Source: an uncultured Methanoregulaceae archaeon (GTDB lineage: Archaea; Halobacteriota; Methanomicrobia; Methanomicrobiales; Methanospirillaceae). Taken from it: a DNA stretch of 64,000 bases. The notes under the pieces were generated by a model. That model saw only the letters and a program-made list of their open reading frames with translations, did no database searches and was not told where the DNA came from. The stretch covers positions 1,760,001-1,824,000 of the forward strand of contig CAVTTL010000001.1 of NCBI GenBank assembly GCA_963737635.1, in the 5' to 3' direction. Positions 53,573-61,418 of the stretch are shown piece after piece (the first letter of the stretch is position 1; every line of letters starts with the position of its first letter). A program made the translations under genes and the position numbers.

Positions 53573-56035
53573 TTATATCAGTGGAAATCGGAATGTTCCT
53601 TTTGGCACAAGGATTTCGAATCGCGCGCCTTTCCCCGGTATACTGTTCTCCCGGATGTCAATCTGCGTGATCAGGAGAATTTCACGCGTCATAAACAATC
53701 CAAGACCGGTATTCTTCCCAACTCCCCGCTCGAAGATATGTTCTTTTTCACTTGCGGGGATGCCGACGCCATCATCTTCAAATACAAGAGTAATCCCGTC
53801 GGCAGATTGCTTAAAATATATTGAGATTGTGGTCAGCGTCAACCCGTACCTGATGGAGTTGTCTATAAGATTGTAAAACACTTTTTCAAGTAACGGATCG
53901 GCATAGATCTCAACATTTTTCAGGTCAATAACAAAGTTAATGCCGGATTTGTTAAAATTCGGAAGGACACGATTGATAACATCGAGAACGTTCTGCCATT
54001 GCGGGATGTGGATCCCGACTTCCTGGTATTGTTTGGTAAAGTCAATCTGGCGCTGAATAAGTCTGACGAGATCTTTCACATCATTGAGGAGGTGTGTCCT
54101 CTCTTCAGTTGAAGTAGTGACTTTTGCCATATCAATAAGCCCGTACACACCCGTGATCGTATTGAGGATGTCATGCCGGGTGATGTTATTCATCAGGTTG
54201 AGCTTTTTGTTCGCAAGTGCGATCGCATCTTCAATCTTTTTGCGTTCCGTGATATCCGTAATGGTCCCTGCCCACCCGCTCAGGTTTCCTGCGGAATCAA
54301 AGAGGGGAGCACCTTGACCGTATAACCAGTATATGGATCTATCCGGCGAGATAAAACGGGTTTCAGACCCGACTATCTTTCTCTCCTTGATTGCGGCACT
54401 AATGTCTCCGAGCAGGCGCTGTTTGTCCGTGGGTTCGAGAATATCTGCCCAGTATTTTCCCAGTATAACTGATGATGCGATTCCGGTAATCTTTGAAAAG
54501 GTCTCATTTACAAAAATGACATGTCCCTGTCGATCTAACCTGAATACTCCTACCGGTGATGCCTGGAGGATACCGCTAAGCAGTTTTGTGTTCTCCTCGA
54601 GCTGCTCTTTGAGCAGGGTCCGATCGGTGATATCGACGACGACTCCACGGAACCCGGCAATGGTTCCCTGCCTTTTTATGGGAGAGGTCGATACCAGGGC
54701 CTTCATGATACTGCCATCGCCTTTTTTCAGGCCATACGTCTCTCCGGGGGATTTTCCTCCGGCCATAACGTTTGCAAGACCCTGCGTCATCTGCCCGATG
54801 TACTCAGGCAGGACATAGTCGCGGATATTTGTACCATCAGCAATTTTTTGTTTGGTCACACCAAATACATCAGCACCGGCGGTATTGATATAGAGAATTT
54901 TTCCTTCAAGGTCGATTTCAAAGATAGTCTGGGGCATAAGTTCAGCGAGTTCCCGGAACCGCGTTTCGCTAGCCTGGAGTCCCTGCTGGGTTTTTTCAAT
55001 TGTATCAAGCATCCGGTTGATCTCTCCGGCAAGTCCGGAAAATTCATCATCCCCGCCGATATTGATACGTTTTTTTATAGCATGATTATGACCTATTGAT
55101 TGAACCTGCTGGTTCAGGGCGCCAAGACGGGAAATGAGGATCCTGTTGAAAATTACCACAAAAACGAGGCCGAACACTAATCCAGTTGCAAGAATAATAT
55201 AAATAAAATTGCGGGTGGTAATGAGCCCTGTCTGGTAGATATTCCGGGGCTCGGAGAAACTGACGACCAGAGCATCGTTCCCATAAATATCCTTGATGAG
55301 AGCATAACCCTCTACTTGGCTTATACTATCCGGCAGGACAAGAAAATGATTCTCGCCCGGCTGTGCGTCCAGGCTCATACGCAGGTCTTCTGAAAAAGCG
55401 GGATCGGTCACAGGTGTAAGAGCCAGGGTTGGCCGGGTAAGTCCCGCCAGGTACCGCACTTCGTTGGCATCTAAGTACCTTCCCATGATTACAACTCCTG
55501 CGGGGGTTCCGGAAAAATTCGAATAAACGATCGGACGGGATGCGACTATCAGGGGATACGGTCGGGCAAGTATAATGCCGGTAGTCGCCTTCTGCGGATC
55601 TGACATATTCAGGAGCGGACTCCCCGGAGTTATCTGGTTGAGGATGGAATCGGGTACAGGAAACATGGTATTGTTTTTGAGGTCGTAGGCTCCCTGATAA
55701 ATAATTCCGCCCTGATTATTGACGATTATTATCAGGTTAAGACGCAGTTTCTCAAAAGTACCGGGAATCAGGTTGTCTGTTAGGTAGTCTGAATTATCGT
55801 CTTTTACAAAATTGTACGTGTCATCCCGTGATCCCCAGTCTGAAACGATAACAGACAGCGTGTTTTCGTCGTCATTGATCATTTGTATGGTCTGATCGAG
55901 GTCCTTGAAAACATACTGTTTTTCAAGCGAGGAGTAACTTGAAAGCACGACAAAAGAGGAGAATACACTGACCGCTATAAGCATCCCGATCAGGAGGATC
56001 AAGAAGCTGTACAGTGTCTTTTTCTCGAGTTGCAT
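53573..56035 (-). CDS. Membrane histidine kinase: CHASE4-HAMP-PAS-PAS-HisKA-HATPase
   Basis: DWGSRDDTYNF (CHASE4), DEFSGLAGEINRM (HAMP), RHDILN, NLIDNSIRYG, DDGVG and GLGL. Confidence 0.9.
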   Translation of the reverse strand: MQLEKKTLYSFLILLIGMLIAVSVFSSFVVLSSYSSLEKQYVFKDLDQTIQMINDDENTLSVIVSDWGSRDDTYNFVKDDNSDYLTDNLIPGTFEKLRLNLIIIVNNQGGIIYQGAYDLKNNTMFPVPDSILNQITPGSPLLNMSDPQKATTGIILARPYPLIVASRPIVYSNFSGTPAGVVIMGRYLDANEVRYLAGLTRPTLALTPVTDPAFSEDLRMSLDAQPGENHFLVLPDSISQVEGYALIKDIYGNDALVVSFSEPRNIYQTGLITTRNFIYIILATGLVFGLVFVVIFNRILISRLGALNQQVQSIGHNHAIKKRINIGGDDEFSGLAGEINRMLDTIEKTQQGLQASETRFRELAELMPQTIFEIDLEGKILYINTAGADVFGVTKQKIADGTNIRDYVLPEYIGQMTQGLANVMAGGKSPGETYGLKKGDGSIMKALVSTSPIKRQGTIAGFRGVVVDITDRTLLKEQLEENTKLLSGILQASPVGVFRLDRQGHVIFVNETFSKITGIASSVILGKYWADILEPTDKQRLLGDISAAIKERKIVGSETRFISPDRSIYWLYGQGAPLFDSAGNLSGWAGTITDITERKKIEDAIALANKKLNLMNNITRHDILNTITGVYGLIDMAKVTTSTEERTHLLNDVKDLVRLIQRQIDFTKQYQEVGIHIPQWQNVLDVINRVLPNFNKSGINFVIDLKNVEIYADPLLEKVFYNLIDNSIRYGLTLTTISIYFKQSADGITLVFEDDGVGIPASEKEHIFERGVGKNTGLGLFMTREILLITQIDIRENSIPGKGARFEILVPKGTFRFPLI

Positions 56036-56306
56036 GCTGATCGAAATGTCCTTCTTTTTCGATTAAGGTTAATCCATCATATAATATTCGGAATATGGGT
56101 TTGAAGAAAGAGTACCGGATACATTAGTTAATTCGATCGATGAAAAGGAATTACCTCTCTGCCACTCTTCCCAGATCGGTTGAAATAAGGGGATAATGCC
56201 GGAAAAGGATGTTTTCCGGATCAACCTAAAAGAAGATTTCAGAACTGGGACGAATACCCGAGACGTATCAGTATACACCGGAGAAATATGACGTATTCGT
56301 TTCTTT

Positions 56307-56840
56307 TTACTTCTTCCTGGTAGATTTATCCTCCTTTTTCTCCGGCGTGGTTTTTCTTTCGATCTTTATTTCGCACTGTCGATCACCGGTACACATCGTG
56401 CGTACGAACCGGGTCGTGTAATTCCCGTTGAGAAGGGGTACTGCGGTAAGCGTGAGAGCCATGCACCGGGAAAATACATGCTCGTGATCAGCGGCAAGCA
56501 TGTGACTGTGGATCAGAAACGGGCAGTGTTTAACGAGCACTACTGCACCATCATCGGCAAGCTCAATGGTCTCCCCTCCGTACTCCGGGCCAAAGAGGAT
56601 GATCGTTGCATTCTGGATGCTCCGGGCGATCTCCGCCGCATTCTTTGTCGGGAAGGAGCAGTCGTGAACAATATCCCGGATCATACGGGCAAGTTCTATC
56701 CAGATTTCCCGCTCCAGTGCATCATACTCGTTTCCAAGCGCCTTACGGAATGCAATCTCATAAAACGCCGGGAGTTTGGAGGCGCACTCCGCAGCAAACC
56801 GCCATCGCACCGCGTCAGGAATGTCCTTTAAATCAGGCAT
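56307..56840 (-). CDS. Hypothetical protein, V4R-like Cys-containing ligand-binding fold
   Basis: VKHCPF...C...MCTGDRQCEIKI pattern. Confidence 0.6.
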   Translation of the reverse strand: MPDLKDIPDAVRWRFAAECASKLPAFYEIAFRKALGNEYDALEREIWIELARMIRDIVHDCSFPTKNAAEIARSIQNATIILFGPEYGGETIELADDGAVVLVKHCPFLIHSHMLAADHEHVFSRCMALTLTAVPLLNGNYTTRFVRTMCTGDRQCEIKIERKTTPEKKEDKSTRKK

Positions 56841-56970
56841 AGTGTTTTCCTACGATGGTGTTGGGAAAAGGGTCATATCAATATGGCGGTAGGAACATGA
56901 TGGGGTATCGTATCTCCGGGAAAAACTGTTCGGAATTCGGAATTTAGCGTTCTTCCACACAAAAGCGGTC

Positions 56971-57849
56971 TTACTCTGCGAGCCGGTATACGTCTTTTTC
57001 TTTCCGGATAAAACCTTCGCGTTCCAGTGCTTTCAGGAGCGGGCGTACCCGCCCGGGTTTTTCCTCAACATGCCGGGCGATCGCTTCCTCCCTTGCGGGG
57101 GAATTCGAGAGAAGATAGGTCAGGATAAGGCCCCGGATACGCCGGCCGGATCCTGCAAAAGGCGCCTGTTTTACATATGCCGTGCTCCTGCGGTTAGGGT
57201 TTGGCACACGCTTTTTGAGATCTGTGCCAACATCCATCAACGCCCAATACCAGACCCGGGGATTATCCCGGTCAAGAGTCCTTTCAACGAGCGGCAGGAT
57301 ATCCGCATCAGTCACGTTGTCTCTGCCGGGAAAGAAGAAGTGGATGAAGACCCGGCGGATGTTTGTCTCGATAAAGACAACCGGAAGATTAAACGCAAAG
57401 GCGCAAATTGAGGATGCAGTTGCCGGACCGATCCCGGGAAAAGTAGCCAGCACATCCGGATCGTACGGGACTCTCCCGCCGTACTCGTTTACCACGCGTT
57501 CGGCACATTTTTTCAGGGCAACGGCCCGCCGGTTGTAGCCCATGCCCTGCCATACTGCAAGCACATCGGAAAGCGAAGCCCGGGCAAGTGCTGCACAATC
57601 CGGGAACGCTTCGATAAATACTGGGTACTTTACCCCTATCCGTTCCACTTGGGTCTGCTGGAGCATGATCTCGGAGACAAGGATCCGGTACGGGTCTGTC
57701 GTGTGGCGCCAGATCATGTCGTGCCGGCCGTGGCGCCGGTAGAATGAGAGAACCTGCTCGCGGAAATCCGCGACATTCTCATCCGACAGCTGATCGGCTG
57801 AAGAGACCGGGCCGGAATTGTCAAAACGGGACTGGGTGGTTTTTTTCAT
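56971..57849 (-). CDS. mutY: HhH-GPD DNA glycosylase, MutY-like (no Fe-S motif)
   Basis: WR...DPYRILVSEIMLQQTQV, WQGMGYNRRA, PGIGPATA and ALMDVG. Confidence 0.8.
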   Translation of the reverse strand: MKKTTQSRFDNSGPVSSADQLSDENVADFREQVLSFYRRHGRHDMIWRHTTDPYRILVSEIMLQQTQVERIGVKYPVFIEAFPDCAALARASLSDVLAVWQGMGYNRRAVALKKCAERVVNEYGGRVPYDPDVLATFPGIGPATASSICAFAFNLPVVFIETNIRRVFIHFFFPGRDNVTDADILPLVERTLDRDNPRVWYWALMDVGTDLKKRVPNPNRRSTAYVKQAPFAGSGRRIRGLILTYLLSNSPAREEAIARHVEEKPGRVRPLLKALEREGFIRKEKDVYRLAE

Positions 57850-58012
57850 GGTATCCTAAGGAAGAACAGGTCGTTGTGATAGGGTTCTTTTCCGGGACAC
57901 TACATAACCGTTGGGATTCCTGCACAACACGCTCTTTTCCGGCACCCGACCGGTAAATGCCATCGCAATGCTCTTTATCCATGTTCCTCATATCATTGCA
58001 CCAGAGGCATAC

Positions 58013-59554
58013 ATGGACCAGGATCCTATCGGTAATTCCCAGTATTCTGGCGACGAGGGAAAGCGCGGGGACGAAGAACGGTTCATGCGCTGGAGAGACT
58101 GGCAGGATCAGGAGCAGGATACGCGGCTTGCAAAGATCCGTAGCAGTGTAGAGGCCGTCTTCTCCGAAGGCCTGATGATCGCGCTTTCGCTTATCCTCAT
58201 CCCGGTACTCATTATACCGGCGATCGTGGCTGTCCCTGATACGACGCGGCTTATCTTCAACACCATCGATGAAACAATCCTTGGCGTCTTCATTCTCGAA
58301 TACAGCTTCAGACTCGCATGTGCCACGGACCGCCGGCAGTTTATCTTAAATCCATGGCACCTGCTGGACCTCTTTATCATCGCTGTACCGGTGGGTGCCA
58401 TCGTTGTGGGATCATACCAGAAACTCACCGGATCGTTGAGGCTGCTCCGGCTGTTGCGCCTCACCCGGAGTGCGGCGCTTGGCACCCGGGTATACTCGCG
58501 CCAGGAATCGGGTTTGGAAAACGGTGGCGCTGCCACAGTTGCGCCGTCTCGTGAATGCACAGTCAGTACCCTTTACCCTGCCATTCCGGAGAATGGAGGG
58601 GGGGTGAATGCACGGCACCTCCGTGATATCCCGGATTCGGAGAGCGTTAACTTTGAAGGCCCCGAAACCAGCACGATATGGTATGATTTTACGTCAGTGC
58701 ACGAGACCGATCTCCTCAAGATCAATCGTCTGACCGGCGTATCGGCAAGCCTTCTTGAAGAGGCGATCAAGGAACGGGCGTTTCCCTGGGTACGGATACA
58801 CAAGAACCACGCCGCTGTCTATCTCAAGATTATGGAGAGCCGTAAGAACCCGGCCAATCCCAAGCAGATATTCATCGCATGGAAATGGATCCTCATTGTC
58901 AGCAGGGACCATATCCTGCTAACGTTCTCTTCGTCTCCGCTTTCAGCTCCGGAGACCCTTTCTCGCGAGGCACTCGCAGCCCGCGAAACCCTGACACCCG
59001 CTGAGATTACCTACCGGTTTTTCCAGAAGGCACTTTCCGGGATCGAAGAGACCCTCCGGGCCATAGAAGACGAACTTGAATACACGGGATCCTTGCCTAT
59101 CAGCAAACAGCCATCGAGTTTCCTTCCGGCAACCTTCAAGCTCAAAAAAGAGTCGGTCAAGATGCATTCCTGGCTCCTGCATACCAAAGATGTGCTCAAC
59201 GGCATCGTGACCGGAAAAGTGATCCTTCAAGGTATAGAAGACGGATCGCAATTTTCCGCCCTTCTTGACCGGGCGTCGTACCTGTACGATATCTCTGATG
59301 ATACTACGGAGAACGTATCGTCGCTGACCGATTACTACTTCAACTCGACCTCTTTCCAGATGGGAAGGGTGATGAAACTGATCGCCGTGCTCTCGGCACT
59401 CACTATCATCCCCACTGTCGTTGGCAGCCTTCTGGGTTCGAATCTCGCGGGCAACCCGTGGCCCATCTCTCTGGGGCAGCTGATCGTTCTTGTGGGCATT
59501 GCGATGTTCGCGACCGGGTGGGTGTATTACCAGCTTGGCTGGCTGAAGACCTGA
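58013..59554 (+). CDS. Voltage-sensor-like (S1-S4) domain fused to a CorA/ZntB-family divalent cation transporter
   Basis: S2 FILEYSFR, S3 NPWHLLD, S4 LRLLRLLRLTR; CorA-type stalk and MGRVMKLIAV...PTVVGSLLGSNL...GWL C-terminus. Start placed at ATG 58013 after GAGG. Confidence 0.85.
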   Translation: MDQDPIGNSQYSGDEGKRGDEERFMRWRDWQDQEQDTRLAKIRSSVEAVFSEGLMIALSLILIPVLIIPAIVAVPDTTRLIFNTIDETILGVFILEYSFRLACATDRRQFILNPWHLLDLFIIAVPVGAIVVGSYQKLTGSLRLLRLLRLTRSAALGTRVYSRQESGLENGGAATVAPSRECTVSTLYPAIPENGGGVNARHLRDIPDSESVNFEGPETSTIWYDFTSVHETDLLKINRLTGVSASLLEEAIKERAFPWVRIHKNHAAVYLKIMESRKNPANPKQIFIAWKWILIVSRDHILLTFSSSPLSAPETLSREALAARETLTPAEITYRFFQKALSGIEETLRAIEDELEYTGSLPISKQPSSFLPATFKLKKESVKMHSWLLHTKDVLNGIVTGKVILQGIEDGSQFSALLDRASYLYDISDDTTENVSSLTDYYFNSTSFQMGRVMKLIAVLSALTIIPTVVGSLLGSNLAGNPWPISLGQLIVLVGIAMFATGWVYYQLGWLKT

Positions 59555-59567
59555 CCCGGTAACTGGA

Positions 59568-61418
59568 TCAGGTCCGCCCGAATATCTCGTCCAGTTTTGC
59601 CCGGGTGAACCGGATCATGGTCGGCCGGCCGTGCGGACAGGTAAATGGTATGTGAGTCGCCCGAAGCTGGTTTACTATGCGCTGACATTGCTCATGTGTG
59701 CAGACCGTACCGGCCTTTATCGCACTCCGACAAGCAATAATCCGGGTAATCCGTTCCCGGTCGCCCATGGGCCGTTCCCGGTCATTACTCAGGAGATCGC
59801 TTACGAGATCGTCAATCTGCTCCGGCCCATCACACTTTCCCATGACGGCCGGGATGGCCCGGATCAAAAAAGAGTCACTCCCGAACTCTTCGATAACGAC
59901 ACCTTCCCGCCCGAGCGCAGGGATCAGCCCGCGAAGGATTGTCGCGTCTTTGGGAGGCCGGTGAATAACTGCAGGGATAAGCAATTCCTGTGCATGCCGG
60001 GCTGCTGTTGATCGGCTCACCTGCTCGTAGACGATTCGTTCGTGTGCGGCGTGCTGGTCGATGATGATTAACTCGCCATCGGGAGCAGCGGCGAGGATGT
60101 AGATGCCCCCGACCTGGCCAATCACCTCCATCGGCGGCACAACTGCAGTAACCTGCGGAATCCCTCGTGCAATTTCGGTTTGCCGGAGCCGGTGGTCGGT
60201 CGATACAGTACCTGCGTGGGTCGGTTCGGTAAACTGGGAGTATAGAGTCTCCGGTGAATCGTGTTTTCCGGACCCTGCGCTTCCGGCATCATAACATCCC
60301 GCCGGTTCTGCGATGCCTGGTGCTGCGGGGGGGGGTGCCGGTTGTGCACGTCCCTGCCCCGGGAAACCTGTGCGGGGAACCGCGATATCCGGGATGAGAT
60401 CGCTGTGGCGAAGGGTTTCGCGGACCGCATCCCGTACTGCGTCACCGATCTCCTTTTCCTTGGAGAGACGAACCTCTTTTTTTGTGGGATGGACATTGAT
60501 ATCCACGAAGCTGGTATCGATGGTAAGCGTGAGGAATGCCACCGGGAACCGGCCCCGGGGAAGGAGGGTGTCGTAACCATCCCGTATGGCGGCAGTCACC
60601 AGCGGTGCAGATACATACCGACCATTGATGGAGACAAAAATGCGGTCATGATCTTTGCGGGAAAGGGCCGGACGGGAAATATAGCCTGAGACACGCATAA
60701 AGGGCAGGTCAGCACAGACCGGGATCAGCTCACGCCCATAGTCACTTCCGAAGATCCGGATGATCGTATCAAGCCATTGTGTGGTTCTTTCAGTGACAAG
60801 TTGCTCACGGTTGTTATGGAAGAACCGGAACGATACCTGGGGGCAGGCAAGGCAGAGTCCTTCAAGGATCCCATGGATACGGGCGAGCTCAGTGTTAAGA
60901 CTTTTCTGGAATTTTTTTCGGGCTGGTGTGTTGAAAAAGAGCTCTTCTACAAGGACATTTGTCCCCTCAGGAGCCCCGGTATCCGTTTTCGTTTGTTTAA
61001 CGCCACCGATCATAACGATCCGGGTGCCAGAAGCCTTAGCGCTGCCCCGGTGCTTTGTCACGAGTGTTACTTTCGCGACAGCCGCAATGCTTGCAAGCGC
61101 TTCGCCACGGAAGCCCAAGGTGTGGATCGAAAACAGGTCATCGATATTCATGATCTTGCTTGTCGCATGTGGGACAAAGGCAAGTTCTGCATCCGACGCA
61201 GACATCCCGTACCCGTCATCAGCGACACGAATAGTCGCAATTCCCCCCTGCACCGATGTGATATCGATCCGGATCGTGCGGGCCCCGGCATCTATGGCGT
61301 TCTCTACAAGCTCCTTGACGACCGAGGCCGGGCGCTCGATAACCTCACCAGCTGCGATCTGGTTGACCGTAGCCGGATCAAGGATCCTGATAGTCGAGTC
61401 GCTTTCACTCAGCGTCAA
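59568..61418 (-). CDS. mutL: DNA mismatch repair protein MutL
   Basis: QIAAGEVIERP, GFRGEAL, DINVHPTK, DQHAAHER, ACR and CPHGRP. Confidence 0.96.
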   Translation of the reverse strand: MTLSESDSTIRILDPATVNQIAAGEVIERPASVVKELVENAIDAGARTIRIDITSVQGGIATIRVADDGYGMSASDAELAFVPHATSKIMNIDDLFSIHTLGFRGEALASIAAVAKVTLVTKHRGSAKASGTRIVMIGGVKQTKTDTGAPEGTNVLVEELFFNTPARKKFQKSLNTELARIHGILEGLCLACPQVSFRFFHNNREQLVTERTTQWLDTIIRIFGSDYGRELIPVCADLPFMRVSGYISRPALSRKDHDRIFVSINGRYVSAPLVTAAIRDGYDTLLPRGRFPVAFLTLTIDTSFVDINVHPTKKEVRLSKEKEIGDAVRDAVRETLRHSDLIPDIAVPRTGFPGQGRAQPAPPPAAPGIAEPAGCYDAGSAGSGKHDSPETLYSQFTEPTHAGTVSTDHRLRQTEIARGIPQVTAVVPPMEVIGQVGGIYILAAAPDGELIIIDQHAAHERIVYEQVSRSTAARHAQELLIPAVIHRPPKDATILRGLIPALGREGVVIEEFGSDSFLIRAIPAVMGKCDGPEQIDDLVSDLLSNDRERPMGDRERITRIIACRSAIKAGTVCTHEQCQRIVNQLRATHIPFTCPHGRPTMIRFTRAKLDEIFGRT

